From: Polyangiaceae bacterium
GTDB lineage: Bacteria; Myxococcota_A; Polyangia; Polyangiales; Polyangiaceae
Assembly (NCBI GenBank): GCA_965222375.1
Contig: CBDCTZ010000009.1
Coordinates: forward strand, 224,001 to 288,000
Length of the DNA: 64,000 nt
Direction of reading: 5' to 3'
The translations under genes and the position numbers were made by a program. Every line of letters starts with the position of its first letter. Position 1 is the first letter of the stretch. Below the pieces are notes generated by a model. The model did not search any database and had not been told where the DNA came from. It worked only from the letters and a program-made list of their open reading frames with translations. This document shows positions 48,904 to 58,200 of this stretch, piece after piece.

Positions 48904-51008
48904 GGCACCCCGCCGTATCCGACGACGCGCAGTAGCAGTCTGTCAGTATCCAACCTCAGACCCGAGTCCACGACGCGGCCTTCGCCACCCTCGACTTGGG
49001 CGATCAGGGCCGGCACATCATCAGGCCACCAATCTACCTTGTTGCTCGCGGCCGCCTCGAGGGCTCCCCAGGCGGTGCCGCCACCCTGCACGGAGTCCTC
49101 GACCATCTTCAGAAACACATGGGCATCCAGTTCGTGACTGGACGGTGCGGTTCCGCCATAGCGACGACTGCCGATCGGCCCGGGCAGCTTCTTTCCGTCG
49201 CCGGCTTTGACGCTTTGCCCATCCTTGATTCGGTCGAAGAAGAATGCGTCGCCTCCGGGCAGCTTCACGATCGCCGCACGCAAGTCGTGGGCGGCTCGGT
49301 TGACCACGATCAGGTCTTTGCCCTTTTCGACCAAGCTGACCCCGCCGCCGAGCTTCACGAAGCTGTCTTCCCGCACAATCACGGTCTGCCACGGCTTCGC
49401 ACGCAGCTTCTCCAGACGCGCGCCGTCGCGATCGATCACCAAAATGCGGCTGTTGGCCTCCACTTCACCGTACAGATCCAGCACGCTGTCGTGGGACGAA
49501 CCGCGCACGACCAGCTCCGCGGAACTGGATGCGAAAAAGCCACGATATCGAGTGATGGATGCCCGGGACATTCCGGCGCCGGCTTCGATCAGCGACAGAT
49601 GCCGCGCGCGCCCCACCACGCCTTTGGCGACAGCCCCCAGAGCTACGATGAGCAGCATGGTGCCAAGGGCCCAGATCGGAAGATGCCACAGGGCGCTCAG
49701 GGGTTTGCCGCGCTTGGTGGCCAGGTAGAAGTTCACGGGGCCGGCCAACACGGCGTAGAGCAGTAGGATCAGCAGCGCGACCGCAATGGCCCAGCGCGCG
49801 CCTTCGTTGGGATCCAACACTCGGCGGATGTCTCCGCTTCGCGAAGAGTCCAACGGCGTCAGGCCGTGCTGAAAGGCGATGGAGTGTTGACGCGCCCAGG
49901 CATGCCGCACCAAGTCGACCAACTTGAGTTGAACCCAGCGATCTGTGACGTGGCTTTCCTTGGTCGCGTTGAAGGGCAACAGGTGCACCTCGCCGAGGCC
50001 GTAACTCGCGCTCACGCCCCAGGGGCTGGGACGTAGGTTGCCACCGGCGTAGGAAACCAGCTCCCCGGCGACGGTTTCACCGGGAGCCACCTCGGCGCGC
50101 ATCGATGCACCGAAGCCATGGCCGCCGTAGGGCATGGAGCCCGTGTTGGGGCGGGGAATGATGAACTCCGCCTTGCTCTTCAGGGCTGGAGCCGGGCTTG
50201 CGTTCTTGATGGCGCCGCCGACCAAGGTCTTCAGCACCGGGCTGCGCAAGTCCTCCGGGCGACTGATGTGAATCGCCAGCGCGCCTCCGCCGAGGACCCA
50301 GGACCCCAGGGCGCTGAGGGCAGGTCCGGTCAATCGGGCGACGGACTCACTCTTGGCCACGACGACGGTGACCATGGAGTAGCCGGCGGCTCGGGTGGGC
50401 AAGGCCGGGTCGCCCGTGGCGCGTTCGATCTGCGGGGAGCCCAATGCGAGCATGGGCGGGCCGTAGCTTCCCCTGAGCCGAGCACCTTTGACGGCGACGC
50501 GTCGCCCTCTCAGGCCCGATGTCAGCTTGCTCGGGGTCGTGAAGTCGAACAGCATCGGCTCCGGCATGCGCGGTTCCGGAAGCGTGTGACTGGCCAGGGT
50601 TTCGCCGTTCGAGTCCTTGGCGACGACCTGAAGCGCCGGAGTCGTACTCTGAAAACCGTGAGTTGGAAGCTTGAGGCTGACTCGGCCTTTGCCTGCCACA
50701 GCAAAGGGTGCCTGGGTGACGATGCGCTGGTCGTCGGAGGACCACGGAACCTCGGCCACGAGTTCCACGACCCCCTCGATCTGAGAGTCCGTGGTGTTCT
50801 CCAGCTGCACGACGCAGGCGAACCAGCCGCCGCCAGCGGGCGCGTCGCTACCCAACAGGGGCGCAGCGCCAAGCAGCAGTCCGGACTTGCCCTGCGCCCG
50901 AGAGTGAGACGACATAGACAGCACGATCAGCGCGGCGCTGCACGTGAGTCCGCGGACAATGACGAGCAAGCGCTTGCGGAGTGCGACAGCGGGAAAGCTG
51001 GATGTCAT
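48900..51008 (-). CDS. Hypothetical membrane protein of the MoxR cluster
   Basis: Signal-like N-terminus, WVLGGGAL segment, central TM pair LLLYAVLAGPVNFY...LWHLP. Translationally coupled on both sides. Confidence 0.75.
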   Translation of the reverse strand: MTSSFPAVALRKRLLVIVRGLTCSAALIVLSMSSHSRAQGKSGLLLGAAPLLGSDAPAGGGWFACVVQLENTTDSQIEGVVELVAEVPWSSDDQRIVTQAPFAVAGKGRVSLKLPTHGFQSTTPALQVVAKDSNGETLASHTLPEPRMPEPMLFDFTTPSKLTSGLRGRRVAVKGARLRGSYGPPMLALGSPQIERATGDPALPTRAAGYSMVTVVVAKSESVARLTGPALSALGSWVLGGGALAIHISRPEDLRSPVLKTLVGGAIKNASPAPALKSKAEFIIPRPNTGSMPYGGHGFGASMRAEVAPGETVAGELVSYAGGNLRPSPWGVSASYGLGEVHLLPFNATKESHVTDRWVQLKLVDLVRHAWARQHSIAFQHGLTPLDSSRSGDIRRVLDPNEGARWAIAVALLILLLYAVLAGPVNFYLATKRGKPLSALWHLPIWALGTMLLIVALGAVAKGVVGRARHLSLIEAGAGMSRASITRYRGFFASSSAELVVRGSSHDSVLDLYGEVEANSRILVIDRDGARLEKLRAKPWQTVIVREDSFVKLGGGVSLVEKGKDLIVVNRAAHDLRAAIVKLPGGDAFFFDRIKDGQSVKAGDGKKLPGPIGSRRYGGTAPSSHELDAHVFLKMVEDSVQGGGTAWGALEAAASNKVDWWPDDVPALIAQVEGGEGRVVDSGLRLDTDRLLLRVVGYGGVP

Positions 51009-52048
51009 CAGCCCCCGTGGACGGCGTTTTCGACGGCCTCTGGGCGAGTCGGGACGGTCCTGACCAACTCCTCGATCACTTGGTCGGTCGTGACTCCGTC
51101 GGCTTCACCCTCGAAACTGCGAATCATGCGGTGCCGAAGCACTGGCAGCGCAACGCGCTGAATGTCGCTGAATGCCACCTGAGCTCGACCTTCGAGCAGG
51201 GCCAGGGCTTTGGCACACAGCACCAAGCTCTGTCCGCCGCGAACCCCCGCTGCGTACCGAATCGACCGCCCGACGAGCTCCGGCGCGGTTTTCGACTCTG
51301 GATCGCTCGCCGTGACCAGACGCGCCGCATAGCGCACAACGGGTTCGGCGATGGCGATATCGCGGCAGAGCGCGCGCAGAGCCAGAACTTCGTCTTGGTG
51401 CAACACTGCGGTTGGCGGGGCGACTGCGTGGCCCGTGGTGCGGGTCAGAATTTGCGTCAGTACGTCTTCCGCCGGGGAGGGCACCATCACCTTCAGTAGG
51501 AAGCGATCCAGCTGGGCTTCGGGAAGAGGGTAGGTGCCCTCCATCTCGATGGGGTTTTCCGTCGCAAGCACGAAGAAGGGCTCGTCCAACGCATGACGGG
51601 TGCCGGCGATGGTGACGGCATGCTCCTGCATCGCTTCGAGCAGGGCACTCTGCGTCTTGGGGGTCGCGCGGTTGATCTCGTCTGCCAGTACGACCTGGCC
51701 GAAGATGGGACCTCGGTGTAGTTCGAAGCGGCCAGCGCTGGCGCCCTGGGCGTCCATGACCAGCACGTTGGTGCCGGTCACGTCGCTGGGCATGAGATCC
51801 GGCGTGAACTGGATACGCGAGAATTGCAGATCTAGGGCGGAGGCGAGAGTGCGGACGAGCAGCGTCTTGCCCAAACCCGGGGCGCCCTCGAGCAGCACGT
51901 GTCCACCCGAGACCAGGGCCCAGAGGACCTGCTCCACGACGGCTTCCTGCCCTACGATCACCGTGGCGATGGCGGTCCGCAAACGATTGCTGGCATCTCG
52001 CGCTTGCTCGAGCCGTGCGCCAAAGGCGTCTTGAGGAGGTTGGGTCAT
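51008..52048 (-). CDS. moxR: MoxR-family AAA+ ATPase
   Basis: GHVLLEGAPGLGKT, RIQFTPDLMPSD, LADEINRATPKTQSALLEAMQE, EGTYPLPEAQLDRF, VLRHR. Confidence 0.95.
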   Translation of the reverse strand: MTQPPQDAFGARLEQARDASNRLRTAIATVIVGQEAVVEQVLWALVSGGHVLLEGAPGLGKTLLVRTLASALDLQFSRIQFTPDLMPSDVTGTNVLVMDAQGASAGRFELHRGPIFGQVVLADEINRATPKTQSALLEAMQEHAVTIAGTRHALDEPFFVLATENPIEMEGTYPLPEAQLDRFLLKVMVPSPAEDVLTQILTRTTGHAVAPPTAVLHQDEVLALRALCRDIAIAEPVVRYAARLVTASDPESKTAPELVGRSIRYAAGVRGGQSLVLCAKALALLEGRAQVAFSDIQRVALPVLRHRMIRSFEGEADGVTTDQVIEELVRTVPTRPEAVENAVHGG

Positions 52049-52109
52049 GAGCGGCCGGGCGAGCCTAGCGCGGTTTTCGCGCTTTTTCAGCCACGGACCT
52101 CAGCCGGGC

Positions 52110-53930
52110 TCAGGGCTGGAAATACCGCCCAACCTGCTCCCGGTATTCCTCCGGCACTTCGGAACGTTCCACGCCGCTCATTTCGCCGGGGGCCACCCGG
52201 CCCAGAGCACCCTTGCCCGCTCGGTTGGCGGTCTCACCTGGGCGCGCGGCAGAGCGGCCCAGGGTCGTGCCGTGTAGCGGCGCACCTGGGTTCACCTTGG
52301 CTTGCGCCTTGGAGCGAAGCTCCTTGCCCGAGAGCTTTGGAGTCTTGCCCTTGTGGTCGCCCTTGCCTTTGTCCTTCTTGCTGCCTGGTCCGCCAGCCTG
52401 ATTGCCCGCCTTGTTCTGTCCTTTGCCTTGGCCCGGCTTGGTGCCTTTGCCTTTGCCTTGCTGACCTGGCTGTTGACCGGGGGCTGGCCCACCTTGCTGC
52501 GGGATCGGCATTCCGAGCCCACGCTCGGCCTGTGCGCCGCCGCGATCCGCGTCGCCGAGGCCTTTTTCTCGTTCCGCGCTCTTGCTGGGATCCTCTTTCG
52601 CCATCTCGCGCAGCTGCTCTTGCAACTGCTTTTGCCCTTCCGGGGTCGCGAGGCGCTTCTGCAACTCCTCTAGTTGCTGTTTGGTCATCGGGTCCATGGT
52701 CCCGTTCCGACCGTTCTTCTCGAGCTGCTTTTTGAGCTTCTCAGCCAAGCGTTTGCGCTCTTCCTCAGTCAGACCCTCGAGGGCCTTGTTGAGAGACTCC
52801 GCCAGGCGCTTCTGCGCTTCCGGGCTGCCGGAGCTGCCAAACTCTTCCAGATCCTCCAACTGCTCCGGGGTGAGCTTGCCAGCGTCGCCCAAGGCTTTGC
52901 CCAGCTCGCGAAGTGCTTCGGCTTTGCTCTCACGCTCTTCGAACTTCTTCTGCTGCTCTTCCAAGGCCTGGGCGAGCCCCTTGGCTCCCTTGTCCTTGGC
53001 GGCCTTCTTGGCTTCCTCTAGCGCTTTCTTGGCCTCTTTCCGGGCGTCTTCTTCGGCCAGGTTCGCCAATCGGCGCATCTCTCGATCGAAAGCGACCAGG
53101 TCCCCATCGCCCAGGGCCTTGGCTGCGTCCTTGAGATGCGGGCTCTTGTTGAGCTTGGCTACCGCGGCTTCGAGGCCTGGGCGGTTCTTTTCGTCGGTGA
53201 GTTGGAGTCGCTCGGAAGCGATGTCGTCTCGGAGCTTGGCGATGCGGGACTGGGCTTCCCGCTTCTCCATTCCTTTCGCCAAATCGCTACGGAGTTTCTT
53301 TGCCTCCTCGGCGATCTTTTTCAGGCGCTCCTCCTGCGCAGCGTCCCTCGGGTCGAGCTTCTCCAGGGCCTCGATCTTCTCCAAGCCCATGAGCTCCGCG
53401 AGCTTGACCATCTCGGCACCGGGTGGCGCGTCGGGCGGTGGAGGAGCGGGCCTGAGCGGAATCAGGCATAGGTAGATCGCAGCGGCGGCACCCAAGGGAC
53501 CGATCAGCTGCAGCCTGGACAGGATCTTCGGCCGAGCACGTTTCGCCTCGGGGCTTGCCAAGGCTTCTGCGGCATCTCGAATCACTACGTGGTTGGCGCC
53601 TTCGTCGGAGTCGAGTTCGACAGCAGTGCTGATGGCTTCCCTCGAGTCGAGCTTCGCATCCAGATACAAGGCGACGTGGGAATCACTCCAGCGCTTTCGG
53701 GTAGCTATCCACAGGCCGAACAGACCACCCACGAACGACAGGCCCAGAGCCCACGGTCGATACGCGCCGAGGCGCTGCCACCACAGAGCGAGGGCGGCCA
53801 GAGCTGCCAGAGCGAGACCAATACACAGTCCGTTCAGTACTCTCCGGGCCAGCAGGCGTGTCCGCACACGGCGCGAGACGCGAGAAAACCGCCCTGAAAA
53901 TTCGGGAGCGCCGGGCTCGGGAGAGGCCAT
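52110..53930 (-). CDS. Membrane-anchored long coiled-coil protein (DUF4175-like architecture)
   Basis: Three N-terminal TMs, E/K/A/Q-rich coiled coil, G/Q/K-rich tail, terminal VPEEYREQVGRYF. ATG at 53930 avoids overlap with panB. Confidence 0.75.
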   Translation of the reverse strand: MASPEPGAPEFSGRFSRVSRRVRTRLLARRVLNGLCIGLALAALAALALWWQRLGAYRPWALGLSFVGGLFGLWIATRKRWSDSHVALYLDAKLDSREAISTAVELDSDEGANHVVIRDAAEALASPEAKRARPKILSRLQLIGPLGAAAAIYLCLIPLRPAPPPPDAPPGAEMVKLAELMGLEKIEALEKLDPRDAAQEERLKKIAEEAKKLRSDLAKGMEKREAQSRIAKLRDDIASERLQLTDEKNRPGLEAAVAKLNKSPHLKDAAKALGDGDLVAFDREMRRLANLAEEDARKEAKKALEEAKKAAKDKGAKGLAQALEEQQKKFEERESKAEALRELGKALGDAGKLTPEQLEDLEEFGSSGSPEAQKRLAESLNKALEGLTEEERKRLAEKLKKQLEKNGRNGTMDPMTKQQLEELQKRLATPEGQKQLQEQLREMAKEDPSKSAEREKGLGDADRGGAQAERGLGMPIPQQGGPAPGQQPGQQGKGKGTKPGQGKGQNKAGNQAGGPGSKKDKGKGDHKGKTPKLSGKELRSKAQAKVNPGAPLHGTTLGRSAARPGETANRAGKGALGRVAPGEMSGVERSEVPEEYREQVGRYFQP

Positions 53931-54044
53931 GTCACCCAAATTAACGCCGCTTTGGCCCCGGCGCCACTGCCAGAAGTGCAGCAGCTGCAGTCTGCGGGGT
54001 TTTGCGGCAGATGGAAAACCAGATAAGGAGGCCCCGAGAGCTCC

Positions 54045-54941
54045 ATGACCGACAAAGTGACCGTTCCGGCGGTTCGCGCCCGCAAACGCAAGGGGCCGAA
54101 GATCGCCATGCTGACCGCCTACGACGCGACGATGGCGCGGCTGCTCGATCAGGGTGGCGCTGACATTCTGCTCGTCGGGGATTCTCTGGGCATGGTGGTG
54201 CAAGGTCTCAACAACACATTGCCCGTGACGGTTGAGGAGATCTGCTACCACGGTCGCGCCGTCGCCCGTGCGGCGCGTCGCGCGCAGATTGTCGGGGACA
54301 TGCCATTCATGTCGTTCCAGGTCTCATCCGAAAAGGCGTTGGAGGCCGCCGGAGACATGCTCAAGACCGGCGCCTTCGAAGCTGTCAAGCTCGAAGGTGG
54401 CCAGACAGTTGCGGAACACGTGCACCGAATCGTGAGCGCAGGGATTCCTGTCATGGGTCATGTGGGGCTGACTCCCCAATCCGTGCACGCCATGGGTGGA
54501 TTTCGCGTTCAGGGGCAGCAAGAAGAGGCCGCCGCGCGAGTCGTGGCGGATGCCAAAGCGCTCGAAGAGGCAGGCGCGTACAGCATCGTGCTCGAAGGCC
54601 TCCCCGCAGATCTAGGGCGTCGCATCACGGAGAGTGTGGACATCCCGACCATTGGCATCGGTGCCGGGCCCCACTGTGATGGGCAAGTCCTGGTCTGCTA
54701 TGACTTCCTGGGTTTGTACCGAGACATCAAACCCAAATTCGTCAAACGCTTTGCTGAACTAGGCGATGCTGTCGTGGCCGCGACCGAGGACTATGTGCGA
54801 GAGGTCCAGAGCGGGAACTTCCCGGATGCCGCCCACAGCTTTGGCATGAAGAAAGAGAAGAGGCCGGGGGATCCCACCGGAACCAAATCCGTGGTCCGGA
54901 GTACCCCACCGGGCTACGGGCCAGCGAGCGACGAGGGCTAG
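54045..54941 (+). CDS. panB: 3-methyl-2-oxobutanoate hydroxymethyltransferase
   Basis: MLTAYD, LVGDSLGM, DMPF, VKLEGG, GHVGLTPQ, IGIGAG..CDGQVLV. Confidence 0.96.
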   Translation: MTDKVTVPAVRARKRKGPKIAMLTAYDATMARLLDQGGADILLVGDSLGMVVQGLNNTLPVTVEEICYHGRAVARAARRAQIVGDMPFMSFQVSSEKALEAAGDMLKTGAFEAVKLEGGQTVAEHVHRIVSAGIPVMGHVGLTPQSVHAMGGFRVQGQQEEAAARVVADAKALEEAGAYSIVLEGLPADLGRRITESVDIPTIGIGAGPHCDGQVLVCYDFLGLYRDIKPKFVKRFAELGDAVVAATEDYVREVQSGNFPDAAHSFGMKKEKRPGDPTGTKSVVRSTPPGYGPASDEG

Positions 54942-55810
54942 TGCAAGTCGAGCGCTCTGCGCAAGCGTACCAACAGGCATGCGAATCCCTGCGCCGCTCC
55001 GGGCAGCGGATCGCACTGGTGCCGACCATGGGCGCATTGCACGCGGGCCACCTGGCCCTGGTGAACGAGGCGAAGCGACGTGCGGACGCTGCCATCGTCA
55101 CGTTGTTCGTCAACCCCACACAGTTCGGCCCCAAGGAAGACTTTGGCGCCTACCCGCGTTCTCTGGAAGCAGATTTGGAGAAGTGTGGGGATCACGGAGT
55201 CGCCGTGGCCTTCGCCCCGCCGGTGGAGGCCATGTACCCCGAAGGAGAATCGACACGTGTCTCCGTGTCCGGGCTGACAGACCATCTGTGCGGCAGTAGT
55301 CGCCCGGGCCATTTCGAAGGCGTGGCAACCATCGTTACCAAGCTGTTTGCTCTGACCGGTGCATGCGTCGCCGTGTTTGGACGCAAGGACTACCAGCAGC
55401 TCAAGGTGGTCGAACGACTGGCCTGGGATCTGTGTTTGCCTGTCGAGGTGGTTGGACACCCCACCGTGCGGGAAGGGGACGGTCTGGCGCTGTCGTCGCG
55501 GAACGCATACTTGAGCCAGACCGAACGCCAGCAGGCGCTGGCGATCCCCGAGGCACTCTCCCAAGCCGTGCGCCGGTTCGCAGCAGGGGAACGGAGCGCT
55601 GGGGTGATCCTCCAGGCGGTGCGGGAGCGGCTCAGTCAGGCTGAACTTCGGCCGGACTATGCCGTTTTGGCGGATCCGGACGTGGTCACGCCCCTCGCGC
55701 TTGATGCGCGACTGCCCGATCGCAGCCTGCTGGCGGTTGCCGCGTTTGCTGGCTCCACGCGGCTCATCGATAATGCAGTGCTCGGAGAGGATCAGGCGCC
55801 GATACCATGA
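54941..55810 (+). CDS. panC: Pantoate-beta-alanine ligase
   Basis: VPTMGALHAGH, FVNPTQF, RPGHFEGV, FGRKDYQQ, DGLALSSRN, RLIDN. Confidence 0.96.
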   Translation: MQVERSAQAYQQACESLRRSGQRIALVPTMGALHAGHLALVNEAKRRADAAIVTLFVNPTQFGPKEDFGAYPRSLEADLEKCGDHGVAVAFAPPVEAMYPEGESTRVSVSGLTDHLCGSSRPGHFEGVATIVTKLFALTGACVAVFGRKDYQQLKVVERLAWDLCLPVEVVGHPTVREGDGLALSSRNAYLSQTERQQALAIPEALSQAVRRFAAGERSAGVILQAVRERLSQAELRPDYAVLADPDVVTPLALDARLPDRSLLAVAAFAGSTRLIDNAVLGEDQAPIP

Positions 55811-56472
55811 CCCAGTCTCAGCGGCCGTTTCCCGGTGTGTTCATCGTGCTCGAAGGCATCGATGGTGCCGGCACGACCACCCACGCGAAGCGGCTCAGCA
55901 AGTCTCTAGCCAAGGACGGTAGGGACGTGCGGCTGACCTGCGAACCGACAACGGGCCCGGTGGGCGCATTGATCCGCCAAGTGCTTCAAAAGCGACTCTT
56001 CGTTCCCGGTACAAGTGGCCCTCGGGCCTTCGCCTGGTCGACCATGGCGCTGCTATTCTCGGCCGATCGCCTCGACCACCTGGACTCCTACGTGGTTCCA
56101 GGATTGCGGGACGGTGCCATCGTCATATCCGATCGTTACGATCTCTCGAGTTTGGCCTACCAATCGGTGACGGCGCCCGAGGAAGATTCCGCCATTGCTT
56201 GGATCCGTGAGCTCAACGCCCGGGCGCTACGCCCTGATCTAACACTGGTCTTGGATATTCCTGCGGAGCGCGCAGCCGAACGTAGGCGCTCCCGAGGCTC
56301 CACGGAAGAGCTTTTCGAAGACCCGATCATTCAGCGCCGCCTTGTGGACGTCTACAAGCGAGCCGAGAGCCTCGTGCCCGATGACCACGTCGTGCATCTC
56401 TCCAGCGACGGTGAGGTCGAAGAGGTCGCGGCCCGAATTCTGGAAGTCGCGCTTTCCGTGGCCAACGCCTGA
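55807..56472 (+). CDS. tmk: Thymidylate kinase
   Basis: FIVLEGIDGAGTTT, LLFSADR, VISDRY.LSSLAYQ, PDLTLVLD. Confidence 0.93.
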   Translation: MTQSQRPFPGVFIVLEGIDGAGTTTHAKRLSKSLAKDGRDVRLTCEPTTGPVGALIRQVLQKRLFVPGTSGPRAFAWSTMALLFSADRLDHLDSYVVPGLRDGAIVISDRYDLSSLAYQSVTAPEEDSAIAWIRELNARALRPDLTLVLDIPAERAAERRRSRGSTEELFEDPIIQRRLVDVYKRAESLVPDDHVVHLSSDGEVEEVAARILEVALSVANA

Positions 56473-56546
56473 AAAAACGCCGGCACTTTTTGGGACAGCG
56501 TCGACAATTTTGCCCGCGGTGCGAAGGTTGCTCATATTCCCCGGTC

Positions 56547-57047
56547 ATGAGGACAGCAGCGCCCACTTTCCTATTGCTCGGATGCCTCGCGGCTTGCGCT
56601 TGCAGCAGCGGGAACCAGGCCGCGGCCCATGACCCCAGCATGGACGGTGAGCCTGCGCCACTTCCCGAGCCCGTGGCCAAGGACAAACTGAAGCGCAGTG
56701 AAGTGGTTGCCGCAGTGGATCAAGGTCTCGGGCGCTTCCTGCAGCACGTGGAGGTCGAGCCGAGCTTGGCGGGCGGTCGCTTCGTCGGGTTTCGCATCGT
56801 GGGTCTGCGACCCGCGGAATACTGGGCAGGTGTCGACCTCATGCCTGGCGACGTAGTCACGCGCGTCAACGGTCGCAGCATCGAGCGCGACACTGACGCC
56901 TACAAGACGTTTCAGTCGCTCAAGTCCGCGACGGAACTGCGCGTGACGTTCATGCGGGGCGGGCAAGAGCGGGAGCTGGTGTTGCCCATCGTTGACGATG
57001 TGGCGCCGCCCAAGGCGAAGAAGAAGAACCAGATAGACGCAGGCTGA
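56547..57047 (+). CDS. PDZ-domain lipoprotein (similar to the GspC PDZ region)
   Basis: Cys-containing signal; GFRIVGLRP...LMPGDVVTRVNG...VTFMRGG. Confidence 0.72.
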   Translation: MRTAAPTFLLLGCLAACACSSGNQAAAHDPSMDGEPAPLPEPVAKDKLKRSEVVAAVDQGLGRFLQHVEVEPSLAGGRFVGFRIVGLRPAEYWAGVDLMPGDVVTRVNGRSIERDTDAYKTFQSLKSATELRVTFMRGGQERELVLPIVDDVAPPKAKKKNQIDAG

Positions 57048-57060
57048 GAAGCCGCGGCGG

Positions 57061-58197
57061 TCAACGCTCTAGCTGAAAATCAGCGACGGCGTCCATGAGG
57101 GACCCAAAGCGCTTGCGGGTGAAGTGCGCGCCGCTGGTGACCCAGTCCACATGCTCCCGAGGCTGCTCGTCGTCCTGGAAATGCCCCAGCACGTCCAAGT
57201 GATCGGCCTCACCGCACCAGAGCAGCTTGCCCCAGAGCATGCTGAGCGTCGGCACGATGCCGTCGTTGGAACGAGCGTTGAGCTCGCCGCTCATCTCACT
57301 ACGCAACCTGCGGGCGTCCTCGGAGTCGGGCACCGCGTAGGGGTACATCTTGTGCTCCTGACTGGTGAAGCCATACAGCGTCGAGAACATCGCAGCAGTG
57401 AGAGCGGCGTAGGGAGAGCGGACGCGCTTGGCGAAACGCAAGGCTTCCGGAGCTGGCGCCGAGGTGACCACGCAGCCGTAGCGCACCGTGGGGTCGTCCT
57501 CGGCGGCCGCGTTGAACAGATCCATCGCCTCCGGCATGGTTTGAACCACTGCACCTTGGTCGATTCGGACCTTGGATAGGAATTCCATGACCTCTTCACG
57601 GCCCTCGCGGTCGACGAAGCGCAGAATCAAGCTCGTACCGCGGGATACCAGTTTGAGATCCCCGCCAACCAGTTGTTCGACCCCGCCCAGAGTCGCCAGC
57701 AACTTGGAGAAGACCGCCAACGAGGGTTCGCCCAGGGTCAGGGACACCACTGTGAGTAGGCTCAGCGCATAGAGCACTCGCGTGCCGCTGACGGTGGCGA
57801 AGTACGACGCGAGGGGTGTGCCGAAATGCGGTGTGTTGAGCGTGACCGCGGTAGCCACGCGGGGCCGCCAGCTGAGGCGGTCGGGATCGTCGGTCCTCAG
57901 ATCCGTAGTGGGCGAAAGCAGCAGGCGAATGTCGAGCCCACCGGTGGAATGCCCGACCAGGTGTATTGGGCCGTCGTCTCCGCCGTGAGACTGCTGAATG
58001 GCCTTGGCGAGCATCTTGGCTCGAAAGCGCAACGAAGAGGTGGGCGGTGTGGGCACGACCTCGCACTCGACCTGGCATCCCGCGTCGGCGTAGCGCGCTT
58101 CCAGCGCTTCACGAACGTGATGGAAGTAGTCGTAGCCCGCGAGCTTGCCGAAACCGAACATGCCCGGGACGAAATAGACGCGGTGCAACTTTGCCAT
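57061..58197 (-). CDS. Alpha/beta-hydrolase (lipase-like)
   Basis: VPGMFGF oxyanion segment, HLVGHSTGGLD, TLNTPHFGT, NDGIV, DHLDV. Confidence 0.88.
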   Translation of the reverse strand: MAKLHRVYFVPGMFGFGKLAGYDYFHHVREALEARYADAGCQVECEVVPTPPTSSLRFRAKMLAKAIQQSHGGDDGPIHLVGHSTGGLDIRLLLSPTTDLRTDDPDRLSWRPRVATAVTLNTPHFGTPLASYFATVSGTRVLYALSLLTVVSLTLGEPSLAVFSKLLATLGGVEQLVGGDLKLVSRGTSLILRFVDREGREEVMEFLSKVRIDQGAVVQTMPEAMDLFNAAAEDDPTVRYGCVVTSAPAPEALRFAKRVRSPYAALTAAMFSTLYGFTSQEHKMYPYAVPDSEDARRLRSEMSGELNARSNDGIVPTLSMLWGKLLWCGEADHLDVLGHFQDDEQPREHVDWVTSGAHFTRKRFGSLMDAVADFQLER

Positions 58198-58200
58198 GGT

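Noticed and set aside
53931..54251. N-terminal extension of the 713-aa ORF
   Set aside because: It overlaps panB on the opposite strand. ATG 53930 is the more plausible start.
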